Positions 29,007 through 39,339 of a stretch of 64,000 bases of DNA are shown one piece after another. The first letter of the stretch is position 1; each line of letters starts with the position of its first letter. This DNA is from Patescibacteria group bacterium UBA1396 (GTDB taxonomy: Bacteria > Patescibacteriota > Microgenomatia > UBA1400 > UBA1396): the NCBI GenBank assembly GCA_002305195.1, contig DBQK01000007.1, positions 47,676 to 111,675 on the forward strand, read 5' to 3'. The position numbers and the translations under genes are program-made. The notes below the pieces were generated by a model, which did not search any database, had not been told where the DNA came from, and saw nothing but the letters and a program-made list of their open reading frames with translations.

Positions 29007-29810
29007 GTGTTGTGGTGGGAAGCAATTATTTTAGGTTTGGTTCAAGGTGCAACTGAATTTTTGCCGATTTCTAGCTCTGGCCATTTACTACTGTTTGAAA
29101 ATATTCTTGGGATTCCAAACGTTCCGCTAAGTTTTGAAATCTGGTTGCATCTGGGAACTATTTTGGCAGTATTTATTTATTTTTTTGAGGTAATTACCAA
29201 GCTTAATAAATCAGCAGTTTGGCGACTAACTATTGCCACCCTACCCATAGTTGTTGGCGGCTTATTGCTTAGTTCTACTGTTAATTTAATTAGAAACGAC
29301 CTTAGTATTCTCTGGTTAACCTACGCCATAACAGCCATTTTATTGCTATTTAGCCACTATGTGCTTATTGGAGAAAAAGACGATGCCAAGCTAATTAAAT
29401 TTCTAAAGAAGTTTTTCCCTAATCGATCAATAAAATATCCCAAACCAGTTCAGGCTTTGATGATTGGACTTTTTCAAGTTTTAGCGGTTCTGCCTGGAAT
29501 TTCTCGATCAGGCAGCACAATTAGTGCCGGATTAATCGTTGGTTTGCAACCCAGTCAAGCTTTTATGTTTTCTTTCTTATTAAGTATTCCCGCTGTTATG
29601 GGAGCGGTTGTTTTTGATATCTGGCATTATTCTGTTAATTTGGTTTATCTTCCTTATTCAATTTGGATAATGGGGTTGGGATTACTGTCGAGTGCGGTCA
29701 CTGGTTTGGTAGCCTTGAAGTTGCTTGAGATGTTGCTAAAGAAAAAAACACTTTGGCCGTTTGCAATTTACTGTGGGATTGTAAGTTTTGTGTTATTTTT
29801 TATTGTTTAA
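29007..29810 (+). CDS. uppP: undecaprenyl-diphosphate phosphatase
   Basis: GLVQGATEFLPISSSGHL and PGISRSGSTI motifs. GTG start. Confidence 0.85.
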   Translation: MLWWEAIILGLVQGATEFLPISSSGHLLLFENILGIPNVPLSFEIWLHLGTILAVFIYFFEVITKLNKSAVWRLTIATLPIVVGGLLLSSTVNLIRNDLSILWLTYAITAILLLFSHYVLIGEKDDAKLIKFLKKFFPNRSIKYPKPVQALMIGLFQVLAVLPGISRSGSTISAGLIVGLQPSQAFMFSFLLSIPAVMGAVVFDIWHYSVNLVYLPYSIWIMGLGLLSSAVTGLVALKLLEMLLKKKTLWPFAIYCGIVSFVLFFIV

Positions 29811-29818
29811 ATTGGGGA

Positions 29819-31294
29819 ATGATTTCTAGAGTGGTATCAGCAGTTAAAGCTGATGGTAAGTTTCAAAAAATTGTTATTGAAACCGCTAAAACAACTACCT
29901 CTTTACCCAGAATCGCAATTATTGGTCTCCCAAGATCGGAGGTCAAAGAAAGTAAAGAAAGAATCCTTTCTGCCTTTAAACAATCTGGTGTTGTTTTGCC
30001 TAGAGCAAAAGTAACTATTAATCTTCAACCCGTTAATGTGCCAAAAAAAGGTTCATCTCTTGATTTAGCCTTAGCTATTAGCTTATTACAAGTTCACAAC
30101 TTAATTCCCCATACAAATCTAGCTGCTGTTGGTGAGCTGTCACTTAATGGCCAAATTTTACCGGTAAATGGACAATTTGGTCTATTAGAATCCGCTGCTC
30201 AAAAAGTGGATTATGTGTGGTCGTCTTGTCTGGGGCGTGAAAAATCCAGCTTGGAAAAAGAGTTTAGTTGGTTGAAAAAAGTACACGAAGCAGCCGATTT
30301 AAAATCCGTAATTACCCTATCAACCGGTGGTTCAGTAGAATCTGCATCTGCAAGCTTTTTAAAAAATAATAGTGTCAATGAAATAGGTGAGTCAGAAAAT
30401 AAACTAGATCAACTAGAAAATCTGCCGAAATGGTTTTCAGCCAGCTTGTTAAAAACTATTGAGTTAATTTTGGTTGGTGGACACCATTGCTTACTTTTTG
30501 GTTCTCCTGGTGTTGGCAAGAGCTTCTCACAAACCGTAATTGAGTATTTAAAACCAGAACTATTATTAATTGAACGTTGGTTTCGGGCAAAAAATTTACA
30601 GCCAGAGAGTATTTCTAATCTTAGGCCATATTTAATATCCCTAAGACCAAGACAAAAAGATTTAATATTGAGACAATCCAAGAATTCTGTCTCAGCTTCC
30701 TGGCTTGATAGAGCAAATCAAGGACTACTATTTTTAGACGAAATTATCACTTTCAAAAAAGATTTTTTGGAACTACTGAGCTATTTAATAGATCACAATC
30801 GTCAAAATAATCGTTTTACCTGTTTAGCCACTGCTAATCCTTGTCCTTGTGGTTTTTATGGTTATAGTCAATGCCGATGTACGCCAGAAGACATAAAGCG
30901 TCATTTTAAAAATTTGCCAGGAAATTTATTAGATAGGTTTCCGGTTCACTGGCGTACATCTGATCAGGATCTGCGCTCAATGTCACTAGTTCACTGGCAA
31001 ACAAGTCGCCGCAAAATACAACTAGCTAGACAGCGTCAAGGACAGAGACATAAAGACGGATTACCTCTTTATACTTCTTTGTACTCTTGGGAAGATATTG
31101 CACAGACTCTGAAAAAACAGAGTCAGCCAAGACGACTCATTCCACCTAGAGATCAATTAAAAACCAGCTGGCGTGAAACTTTGCGTCATTATCAAATCGC
31201 TATTTCTTTAGCTGATTTAGACAATAAAGAGGTTGGTCAGAACCATCTGGATATGGCACAAATGTTTTGTGGAAATCGGGTTGAGGGCCATTAG
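29819..31294 (+). CDS. YifB/ComM family Mg-chelatase-like ATPase
   Basis: N-terminal Lon-protease-like domain (GSSLDLALAISLL), Walker A GSPGVGKS and GLLFLDEI. The track start at 29753 overlaps uppP. The ATG at 29819 is preferred. Confidence 0.75.
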   Translation: MISRVVSAVKADGKFQKIVIETAKTTTSLPRIAIIGLPRSEVKESKERILSAFKQSGVVLPRAKVTINLQPVNVPKKGSSLDLALAISLLQVHNLIPHTNLAAVGELSLNGQILPVNGQFGLLESAAQKVDYVWSSCLGREKSSLEKEFSWLKKVHEAADLKSVITLSTGGSVESASASFLKNNSVNEIGESENKLDQLENLPKWFSASLLKTIELILVGGHHCLLFGSPGVGKSFSQTVIEYLKPELLLIERWFRAKNLQPESISNLRPYLISLRPRQKDLILRQSKNSVSASWLDRANQGLLFLDEIITFKKDFLELLSYLIDHNRQNNRFTCLATANPCPCGFYGYSQCRCTPEDIKRHFKNLPGNLLDRFPVHWRTSDQDLRSMSLVHWQTSRRKIQLARQRQGQRHKDGLPLYTSLYSWEDIAQTLKKQSQPRRLIPPRDQLKTSWRETLRHYQIAISLADLDNKEVGQNHLDMAQMFCGNRVEGH

Positions 31295-32484
31295 TTGCTG
31301 GCTATTTGTAGCTCACCTTGTAAAGTAAGTAACTCTCCACCTCGCCAAATATCCAGAATAATGGTATCGCCAACTCTCATTTTGTTAATTAATGCAGCTA
31401 AATCACCAGCTTCTTGATTAACTGTTTGACCATTTAATTTTGTAATGATGTCACCAATCTGAACCTGCATTTTGGCTGCTGTACTATTGGGTAGAACTTC
31501 AATAATATAAGCCCCCTCAGGAACATCATTAAGTAGGGCAGTTTCTTGAGGAATCATTTTATAACGAACACCCAACATTGGTCGATCAAACTGGCCTGTT
31601 TCATTAAAGTTTTTAATTGAATCTTTGACCACGTTAATTGGAATGGCAAAGCCAATATTTTCGGCTTGAGCCACTGCCACGTTAACACCCATCACTTCGC
31701 CCTGTAAATTAATTAATGGTCCTCCAGAGTTGCCAGGATTAATAGCAGCATCGGTTTGAATTAAGTTATCAATGCGCTCAACGGTGGCGAAGCCATCGGA
31801 TGCCTCAATTCCCCTGCCTGTTCCAGAAACAACACCAACAGTGACAGTTTGTCTAAATTCACCTAAGGCGGTGCCAATAGCAATAGCGGTCTGACCAACC
31901 TTAATTTGATCGCTATCTGCGAGTGGTAAGGCTGGTAATCTAGCGCTAGTTTGCAAAATTGCCAAATCATTAATTGGATCGCGGTAAATTTTTGTAACAT
32001 TATGCTCGTTACCCTCAAAGTCAATTAAAATATACTCGGCGCCAGCGTTAGACACCACGTGTTTATTGGTTACCACAAATCCATCTTCTTGAGAAACCAC
32101 AAAACCGGTACCGATATCTTGCTGAATTTGTTCAGTTGCTCCTGGAGTTTCCAAGTAAAAAGGCATGCCTGGAAAACTAAAAATTTCTGGTTGGTTCACG
32201 TTTTGTTTGATCGAGACTGTCACCACTGATTGTTTGGATTGATTTGCAACTTCAACTACCGCGTTTTCCTCATTTACCGGGAGAGGCCTAACTACCTCGC
32301 CTTTTTGCAGGTTGGAATTGTCTAAAGCAATTTGACCAGCCCTTGGAAAAAGATAATCAAGTGGTTTAATAACAAATACTCGATCAGCAATTGCGCCGCC
32401 GGTGGCCGATAATAAAATAATTATACTTACAAATAAACCTAATAAAAAACTTGATGAGTTTATTTTTGTTTTCATATAAAACAA
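31291..32484 (-). CDS. HtrA/DegP family serine protease with PDZ domain
   Basis: TNKHV (His), DLAIL (Asp), GNSGGPL (Ser) and a C-terminal PDZ. N-terminal anchor. Confidence 0.85.
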   Translation of the reverse strand: MFYMKTKINSSSFLLGLFVSIIILLSATGGAIADRVFVIKPLDYLFPRAGQIALDNSNLQKGEVVRPLPVNEENAVVEVANQSKQSVVTVSIKQNVNQPEIFSFPGMPFYLETPGATEQIQQDIGTGFVVSQEDGFVVTNKHVVSNAGAEYILIDFEGNEHNVTKIYRDPINDLAILQTSARLPALPLADSDQIKVGQTAIAIGTALGEFRQTVTVGVVSGTGRGIEASDGFATVERIDNLIQTDAAINPGNSGGPLINLQGEVMGVNVAVAQAENIGFAIPINVVKDSIKNFNETGQFDRPMLGVRYKMIPQETALLNDVPEGAYIIEVLPNSTAAKMQVQIGDIITKLNGQTVNQEAGDLAALINKMRVGDTIILDIWRGGELLTLQGELQIASN

Positions 32485-32526
32485 TATTTTTAATCGAACC
32501 TAATTCTCTATTTAAAACTAGAAGTT

Positions 32527-33807
32527 TCAGAGTCTATTGTAAAGCTCTTCTTGAGCCTTCTCAACTGCTTCGTCTCTATCTTCTGAGGCTAAATCATCAA
32601 CAACCTCGATGTCAACCGGCAGACCGCTGTCCTGAATTGACTGTCCAGAAGGCAGCAACCACCTGGCTATTGTAATATTAAGCCCGGCACCATTATTGCC
32701 GATTTTTTGGGCATCTTGAACTGTTCCTTTACCAAATGTTTGCTCACCTATTAGCACCGTATTACGCCGATCTCGCAAGGCACCAGCAACGATTTCTGAG
32801 GCGGAAGCACTACCCTTGTTAACTAACACCACAACAGGATAATTTTGCAGTCTGCCCTGTCTGGTAGCACGATAGTGTTGAGTTGATTGCCTACCCTGCT
32901 GGGAAACAATAATGCCGCCGTCAACAAATTCACTAGCCAGGTCAATGCCAGCTTCCAGATAACCACCAGGATTATTGCGCATATCTAAAATAATTCCGAC
33001 AATTGATTTGTCTTGTAAGATACTGTTAACGATTTTCTCCCATTCGACCATGGTTTTATCACCAAAGCGACTCAGTACAACGTGAGCAACTCTGCCATTT
33101 TCGCCTTCAATAATTTCCAACTCTACCGATGGAATCTCGATAATCTCTCTAACCAACTCAACATCTCGAGGATCTTCATTGGGCAAGGCTAAAGTAAGAG
33201 TTACGGCGGTGCCTTTTTGGCCTCGGATTAAATTAACGGCTTCCTCAGCGCTCATACCGATAGTATCAACCTCAATATCTTTAAGCTTGTCTTTGATCTT
33301 CAGAATATATTCACCAGCCTTAACCCCAGCTTTTTGGGCAGGGTGATCTTTTAAAGGAGCAATTACAGCCAGCTGATTATCTCGATAACCAAGCTGAATT
33401 CCAACACCCCCGAATTCACCCTGTAAGTCTTCATCCAATCTCTTTTTTGTTTCAGGGGTAAGAAAGACGGTGTAAGGGTCGCCAATGGCACTGGTCATTC
33501 CAGCGATAGCGCCATAGACCATTTTTTGAGCATCTAGTTTGGTTAAATCGTAGTAATCTCGTTCAAGTCGATTCCAGGTTTCCCAGAATAAAGAAAAATC
33601 AACATTTTCTTGAGTAATTGGAGGTTCGGTTCTAATCAATCTCTCTGCTTGATTGGCATTATAGGCACTAGTGGTTAAACCGATTAATTGCTGAAAGGTC
33701 AGGTTTGTACCCAGCTTAATACCAATAATCAAGGTTAATACACCTACCAGCAGGTGAGTGATTAGCCAATACCCAGCTCGGGCTTTATTTTTCCAATTTT
33801 CCCTCAT
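32527..33807 (-). CDS. S41 carboxy-terminal processing protease
   Basis: GGVGIQLG, PDZ, GSASASEI (Ser) and TFGKGTVQ (Lys) motifs. Confidence 0.85.
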   Translation of the reverse strand: MRENWKNKARAGYWLITHLLVGVLTLIIGIKLGTNLTFQQLIGLTTSAYNANQAERLIRTEPPITQENVDFSLFWETWNRLERDYYDLTKLDAQKMVYGAIAGMTSAIGDPYTVFLTPETKKRLDEDLQGEFGGVGIQLGYRDNQLAVIAPLKDHPAQKAGVKAGEYILKIKDKLKDIEVDTIGMSAEEAVNLIRGQKGTAVTLTLALPNEDPRDVELVREIIEIPSVELEIIEGENGRVAHVVLSRFGDKTMVEWEKIVNSILQDKSIVGIILDMRNNPGGYLEAGIDLASEFVDGGIIVSQQGRQSTQHYRATRQGRLQNYPVVVLVNKGSASASEIVAGALRDRRNTVLIGEQTFGKGTVQDAQKIGNNGAGLNITIARWLLPSGQSIQDSGLPVDIEVVDDLASEDRDEAVEKAQEELYNRL

Positions 33808-33885
33808 GGACTCACTACTATATCAGTCAATCAATTAACTGCCAAGCAGAATCTAAAAAGCAGCTAGAACTAGACGAAGTTGTGA

Positions 33886-34074
33886 TTAAACTTGGGTAGT
33901 AAATGGTAAAAGCGCCATGTGTCTGGCACGCTTAATTTCTCTGGTTAATCTACGTTGTAATTTAGCTGATAAACCAGTCTTTTCCCTACCCAAAATACTG
34001 CCGGCTGGGGTAGTAAATTTTTGTAATAAATTGACATTTTTGTAATTAATGTCATCAATAGATATATTTTTCAT
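33886..34074 (-). CDS. rpsR: 30S ribosomal protein S18
   Basis: [43 protein letters not shown]. Confidence 0.85.
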   Translation of the reverse strand: MKNISIDDINYKNVNLLQKFTTPAGSILGREKTGLSAKLQRRLTREIKRARHMALLPFTTQV

Positions 34075-34116
34075 ACTTAGTTCTCTTTCTTCACTATTCT
34101 TTTTTTTGATTAATTA

Positions 34117-34614
34117 TTAAAAAGGAATATCGTCGGCTAGTTTTTCAACGTCATTGTCATCTGAGCTACCGACTTCGTCCTCAACCTTGAGCTCATCATC
34201 TGAATCTTTAGAAGATTTTTCTCCTTTGTCAGGGTAGGAATAGTCGCCCCCATCACCCTGAGAGCCGCTTGTGCCACGCAGAGAATCCAATGCTAAAACT
34301 TGCTCGGCAACAACTTCGGTTCGGCGATTTTTTTGACCATCTTGACCTTCCCACTCTCTAGTCTGAAGGCGTCCTTCAACATAAACCTTGCGACCTTTCT
34401 TGAGGATTTGATCGACGATTTCGGCTAATTTGCCCCAAGCAACAATGCGAGAATATTCCACACTTTCTTGTTCATTACCATCGCTTCCAGTCCAAGATCT
34501 GTTGGTGGCTACGGTAAAATTAGCTACAGCTGTGTTTTGGGGGGTGTAGCGTAGTTCCGGATCTCTAACTAAGTTACCAACTAAAATTACTTTGTTAATT
34601 GAGCGGGTTGCCAT
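34117..34614 (-). CDS. ssb: single-stranded DNA-binding protein
   Basis: OB fold INKVILVGNLVRDPELRYT..., an acidic tail ending in DDIPF, and an ATG at 34614 after an AAAGGAAA SD. Confidence 0.85.
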   Translation of the reverse strand: MATRSINKVILVGNLVRDPELRYTPQNTAVANFTVATNRSWTGSDGNEQESVEYSRIVAWGKLAEIVDQILKKGRKVYVEGRLQTREWEGQDGQKNRRTEVVAEQVLALDSLRGTSGSQGDGGDYSYPDKGEKSSKDSDDELKVEDEVGSSDDNDVEKLADDIPF

Positions 34615-34635
34615 TTTTTCCTTTCTGATTAGCAA

Positions 34636-34944
34636 TTATTTTGTGTTTTCACCTGTGTCTTCTTGAATAGTAATTAAGTGCCGAATAATTTGTTCGTTAA
34701 GTTTTAAATCTGTTTCTAGAGCAGCAACTTTGTCGGCTGGCATAGTTATTTGGAAAAAGGCGTAAAAACCTTCGTTATGACCTCTGAGGGTATAAGCGGT
34801 TGGCCTTCTTCCCCAAATATCCTCAACTTCTATTTTGCCCTCATATTTGCCAAAAATTTGGCGGAGAGTGTGCAGAAATCGTTCAATTTCTGCGTCCGAT
34901 TGTTCCGGACTGATTACAATTGCTACTTCATAAGCACGCGTCAT
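34636..34944 (-). CDS. rpsF: 30S ribosomal protein S6
   Basis: MTRAYEVAIVISPEQ...WGRRPTAYTL...GFYAFF. First gene of the rpsF-ssb-rpsR order. Confidence 0.85.
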   Translation of the reverse strand: MTRAYEVAIVISPEQSDAEIERFLHTLRQIFGKYEGKIEVEDIWGRRPTAYTLRGHNEGFYAFFQITMPADKVAALETDLKLNEQIIRHLITIQEDTGENTK

Positions 34945-34958
34945 ATGCTCCTTTCTTT

Positions 34959-34999
34959 AACTTCATCACGCTCTGGATCGGGACATCCCGAATGAAGTT
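34959..34999 (-). promoter_or_regulatory. structured 5' leader of rpsF (candidate S6:S18 autoregulatory element)
   Basis: In the RNA sense: AACUUCAU-[UCGGGA-UG-UCCCGA]-UCCAGAGCGUG-AUGAAGUU. This is a nested helix ending 3 nt before the SD AAAGGAG. Confidence 0.3.
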
Positions 35000-35227
35000 T
35001 TACGTAGTATATCACGTTCATAATTGAATTTATACCGGATAAAACAAACAAAATTCTTACAAGAATATTGTGCTTATCAATGATTTTTATTAATTTATCA
35101 AACTTTAGCGATTGATGTTGTCAAACTTAATATCTTAGAGAAAGTACTATTAACAATTATTATTAATCAAAAAAGTGGTTCTATAAGCCGGAGCAAAGAA
35201 CGCGGGGTTTTAGACCGGAGAGCATCA

Positions 35228-36310
35228 CTATTTTCCTACCATAAATTCCACCACGTCATTTTCTTGCATTTGATAATCTCTACCCTCTTGTCTAACTTTG
35301 CCATTTTCTTTGGTTGTTTTCCAGCCTTTGTAGGATAAAAAATCATTTAAATCAACGACTTGGGCATTGATAAAGTGTTTGGCAAAATCAGTGTGAATGA
35401 CTCCGGCCGCTTGTTGAGCGGTTGTGCCAACAGGAATTGTCCAGGCTTTGACCTCTTTTTCGCCTGCAGTATAGAAACTTTGTAATTTAAGAGTCCGGTA
35501 GGCAAGTTTAATAAAGGCATCCAGACCAACATCAGATTGCCCATATTCGGCCAAAAACTCAATTTTTTCATTAGAGGATAAGCTGGATAATTCTTCTTCA
35601 AGCTTGGCAGAAATAATAATAATTTTATCTGGTGAGATATTAAGTTGTGCTGCTAAATTCTTTTTAATTTCTTGCGCTTGAGTTAAATCCACATCGCCGA
35701 CGTTGGCTACCACGATCTCTGCTTTGGCTGTTAGTAGCGATAGCTCTTTGGCCAACGTCAGCTCTTCATCGGTATCAATAACTTTGCGAAGCGAGTAACC
35801 ATTATTCAAAGCTGTTCGCCATCTCTCGATAATTTGCCATCTGAGTATTTCCAAGGGCATTTTTTTACCTTTAGGCTCAGTTTGTTTTTCTAAGGTAGCA
35901 AGATCGGCAAGTTGAAGCTCTAGTTCAATTGTTTGATAATCCTCAACGGGATCGACTGAACCTTCTTTAATAATGTTGTCATCGTTAAAAAGACGTATCA
36001 CATGGGCGATAATGCTGGTCTCTCTGACATTGGCAAGGAATTTATTACCCAAACCTGCTCCCGTGGATGCTCCCTTAACCAAGCCAGCAATATCAACAAA
36101 TTCAACTGTGGAAGGAATAATTCTATTGGTATTAACTATTTCAGCCAACTTGATTAGATTATTGTCTGGAACCGGAACTACCCCAACATTTGGTTCAATC
36201 GTAGCAAAAGGATAATTGGCGGCTAAAGCCGCCTGTTTTTGCAGTAATGCGTTAAAGAGAGTGGACTTGCCAACATTGGGCAGACCAACGATGGCGACTG
36301 AAAAACTCAT
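35228..36310 (-). CDS. ychF: ribosome-binding ATPase YchF
   Basis: GLPNVGKSTLFNAL P-loop, a TGS-like C-terminus and the FIRAEV-type segment FINAQV. Confidence 0.9.
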   Translation of the reverse strand: MSFSVAIVGLPNVGKSTLFNALLQKQAALAANYPFATIEPNVGVVPVPDNNLIKLAEIVNTNRIIPSTVEFVDIAGLVKGASTGAGLGNKFLANVRETSIIAHVIRLFNDDNIIKEGSVDPVEDYQTIELELQLADLATLEKQTEPKGKKMPLEILRWQIIERWRTALNNGYSLRKVIDTDEELTLAKELSLLTAKAEIVVANVGDVDLTQAQEIKKNLAAQLNISPDKIIIISAKLEEELSSLSSNEKIEFLAEYGQSDVGLDAFIKLAYRTLKLQSFYTAGEKEVKAWTIPVGTTAQQAAGVIHTDFAKHFINAQVVDLNDFLSYKGWKTTKENGKVRQEGRDYQMQENDVVEFMVGK

Positions 36311-36320
36311 AACCCGCCAA

Positions 36321-39221
36321 TTATAACCTGGGTTGCGAATTGAAAGTACCCTGTTTCAGTGTCAGCGCATTAATGACCACAATTACTGATGAGAAACTCA
36401 TCAACAAGGCACCCACTGCTGGAGTTAAGCTAAATCCAAACGGGATAAACAGACCGGCTGCGGCCGGGATGGCCACAATGTTATAGCCCAGTGCCCAAAA
36501 AAGATTTTGTACCATCTTGGCATACACCTTTCTAGCCAACTTGATAAAAACAACCACATCTTGAGGATTACTGCTAGTTAGAATTACATCGCCAGCTTCA
36601 ATTGCCACCTCAGTCCCTGCTCCGATTGCAATACCAACGTCTGCTTGGGTTAGTGCCGGTGCATCATTAACTCCATCACCTACCATTACGACCACATTCC
36701 CTTCATCCTGGAGATCTTTAATGTACTTATATTTATTTTCTGGCAAAACTTGGGCGAAAAATGTGTCGATGCCCAATTCTTGTGATATTTTAGCCGCTAT
36801 TTTTTCATTATCGCCGGTTAACATTGCCACCTTTAATCCTAGATTATGAAGTTCTTTGACTGTCTGTTTAGAATTGTCTTTAATCTCATCAGCTAAAACT
36901 AATTCTCCAAGGATTTTATTATCTGAAACTATAGCTACGGGAATTGATTGATACTTACCAATAAAATATTTTTTACCTTCAACTACTCCCTCAATTCCTT
37001 TTCCGGCAATATTTTTCACCTGGCTAGCACTGCTTGTTTTTACATTCTTTTCTTTGGCATATTTAACTATCGACTGACCAATTAAATGTGTTGAGTGCGA
37101 CTCAAGGCTAGCTGCAATGCCTAATAGTTGGGTTTTATTTCCGTTTTTAGCGATAATTTTTGAGACGCCAAACTCACCTTTGGTAAGAGTGCCTGTTTTA
37201 TCAAATACTATGTAGTTAGCTTTTTTGGCTATCTCCATTTTTGCCATATCTTTAATAAATAAGCCATTTTCAACAGCTAATTTTGTGGCAATAGTCGAAA
37301 CAGTCGGAATGGCAAGTCCTAAAGCGTGTGGACAAGCAATTACCAACACAGTTATAGCTAGTGTTAAGGCAAAAGCAATTGGTGATCCGGCAATAAATAC
37401 CCAAATAACAACCGTCAAAATTGATACCGAAAGCGCCGTCAATGTGAGCCAGCTAGCTGCTTGATCAGCTAACTTCTGTGCGGATGGTTTGGTTTCACCC
37501 GCCTTCGCGATAAGTTTTTGTATTTGCCCGATGGTTGAGTTCTCTCCCACTTTGGTTAACTTAATTTCAACCGATCCATCAATGCAGATTGATCCAGCTA
37601 CAACCTTATCCCCCCTGAATTTGTTAAGAGGCTTGCTTTCACCGCTAATATGAGCTTCATTAAAATTAGAAGAACCACTCATAATCTGTCCATCGGCCGG
37701 TACTTTTTCACCAGCTAGAACACGAACTAAGTCACCTTCTTTTAGCTCTTGTAACTCGACCTTTTGTTCACTGCCATTTTTAATTAATCTGGCACTTTTA
37801 GGTAGTAATTTTGCGACTTCTTGCAAGGCATCACCGGCAGCCATAGAACTTTTTGCCTCCAAAAAATGACCAAAAAGTAAAATCCAAATTAGGGTTGAGA
37901 TTTCTAAATAAAATTCTGCATTAAGCGTTGGTAAAAAAGTTGAGGCTGTCGAAAATAAATAACCAGCCGTGATGGCAATGGAAACCAGAGTCATCATTCC
38001 ATACTGACGAGTAGAAATTTCAAGTTTAGCGTGTTGCAAAAACACCAAGCCAAAGTAAAAAATTAAGGTTGAGATCGTAAATTGCAAGATAGGCTGATCT
38101 AAACGACTAAATATCAATAGCGGCACGAGAAGTCCGGTAACAACAAAAAATCTTTGCAGAAAACTTTTTGCTGCATTAGGCTCGGCCATCATATTTGAAT
38201 GGTTATGATGACTGTGATGCCTGATGTCATCTGGTTTTGTACTTGAATTAATTAAGACTAAATCCATTCCTCCACACTTAGAACACTTACCAGGTTGGTC
38301 AGAAGTAATTTCAGGGTGCATCGGACAAGTGTATTTGTGATCATTGTTATCCACAGTTCCATTATTAGAGCTAAAGACCTTTTTGACAAATTTATATACA
38401 AAATACATTCCAGCAGTAGCAAAAATTAAGTCTAGACCAGGCTCACTGTTGACAGTTTCTGAAATGTTAAAGGCAATATTGTTGATAAACTTAGTAACCT
38501 GGCTTTCTGCCACCGTCATTCCTAGTTTTCCGATAGATGTGAGCCAGAGCATCAAAACACCGGTTACTCCAAATATTAGTGCAGCAACAACATTGGAAAC
38601 AAAAATATAATAATCTTTCTGTCCTATTTTTACCTGTCCAATCACCTTTTTTAGAACTGGTGCTTGTAGAATATTTTTCTTATGGATCCACAGTGAAGCT
38701 AAGTATAGTGGTGTAACCATACCTAATACATAAGCCATACCTACACCCAAAGATTGAAAAAACGTGGGACTTAGCGAGCTTAAAGTTACCACCCCAATTA
38801 AAACTGGCGCACAACAAGCACTGGTAATCCCTGAAAAAATTCCTAAAGTAAATGTTGAAAGTACATCATTATTCCGTTTACCATTTTGTTTGAAAGAAAT
38901 ATGGGGTATTGGGAATTTGACACCTAGCAAAGACAGCCCAGCTAAAATAAGCATAAAAACGCCACCGAAAATGTATGTTTGGTCATGAAGTTCAAAAAAC
39001 AATGATTGCAAGGCTTTGGCTCCCAGGACGATCGGCATCATCACCATCAGAATGCCCAAAGAATAAATCAGAGTCATAAAAAGCACTTGTTTGCGCTCTT
39101 TAAAGATGTTGCCAAGATAGGCGGGAAATAAGTAAGAAATACAGCAGGGAGCAAAAAGTGCCACTATTCCAGCGATGTATGCGGCGACTAAAGAGATTTG
39201 GTATAAACCTGAGGATTCCAT
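36321..39221 (-). CDS. fusion protein: CcdA/DsbD-like thiol-transport membrane domain + HMBD zinc-ribbon + His-rich segment + CopB-type P1B heavy-metal ATPase
   Basis: The N-terminal ~290 aa have the motifs FAPCCISYLFPAYLG and TSACCAPVLIGV in TM helices (CcdA-like PC motifs, here CC). Next come YTCPMHPEITSDQPGKCSKCGGMDLV and RHHSHHNHS. The ATPase core has VIACPHALGLAIP (CPH), FDKTGTLT, MLTGDN and GDGVNDAPAL. Confidence 0.85.
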   Translation of the reverse strand: MESSGLYQISLVAAYIAGIVALFAPCCISYLFPAYLGNIFKERKQVLFMTLIYSLGILMVMMPIVLGAKALQSLFFELHDQTYIFGGVFMLILAGLSLLGVKFPIPHISFKQNGKRNNDVLSTFTLGIFSGITSACCAPVLIGVVTLSSLSPTFFQSLGVGMAYVLGMVTPLYLASLWIHKKNILQAPVLKKVIGQVKIGQKDYYIFVSNVVAALIFGVTGVLMLWLTSIGKLGMTVAESQVTKFINNIAFNISETVNSEPGLDLIFATAGMYFVYKFVKKVFSSNNGTVDNNDHKYTCPMHPEITSDQPGKCSKCGGMDLVLINSSTKPDDIRHHSHHNHSNMMAEPNAAKSFLQRFFVVTGLLVPLLIFSRLDQPILQFTISTLIFYFGLVFLQHAKLEISTRQYGMMTLVSIAITAGYLFSTASTFLPTLNAEFYLEISTLIWILLFGHFLEAKSSMAAGDALQEVAKLLPKSARLIKNGSEQKVELQELKEGDLVRVLAGEKVPADGQIMSGSSNFNEAHISGESKPLNKFRGDKVVAGSICIDGSVEIKLTKVGENSTIGQIQKLIAKAGETKPSAQKLADQAASWLTLTALSVSILTVVIWVFIAGSPIAFALTLAITVLVIACPHALGLAIPTVSTIATKLAVENGLFIKDMAKMEIAKKANYIVFDKTGTLTKGEFGVSKIIAKNGNKTQLLGIAASLESHSTHLIGQSIVKYAKEKNVKTSSASQVKNIAGKGIEGVVEGKKYFIGKYQSIPVAIVSDNKILGELVLADEIKDNSKQTVKELHNLGLKVAMLTGDNEKIAAKISQELGIDTFFAQVLPENKYKYIKDLQDEGNVVVMVGDGVNDAPALTQADVGIAIGAGTEVAIEAGDVILTSSNPQDVVVFIKLARKVYAKMVQNLFWALGYNIVAIPAAAGLFIPFGFSLTPAVGALLMSFSSVIVVINALTLKQGTFNSQPRL

Positions 39222-39225
39222 TTTT

Positions 39226-39339
39226 CTAGTCAGCTTTCTTCCAAAAATACCTGATTAATACGACCTGAAGGAGAATAAAAAGAACATTAATAATTTCCCA
39301 AAAATAACCAAAACTAGGATTCATCATGTTTGTCATCAT
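39226..39339 (-). CDS. unannotated 37-aa Met-rich single-TM peptide
   Basis: Translation is MMTNMMNPSFGYFWEIINVLFILLQVVLIRYFWKKAD. Its ATG overlaps the TGA of the rhodanese gene (ATGA). Its TAG ends 4 nt before the ATPase ATG. It is too short for the ORF track. Confidence 0.45.
   Translation of the reverse strand: MMTNMMNPSFGYFWEIINVLFILLQVVLIRYFWKKAD

Noticed and set aside
37225-38988. Plus-strand ORFs inside the ATPase gene (37225..37464, 38344..38610, 38764..38988), and similar antisense ORFs inside secD, secF, alaS, elp3, gdh and the RM gene
   Set aside because: They lie wholly within long, motif-supported genes on the opposite strand and have no start context. They are typical shadow ORFs.
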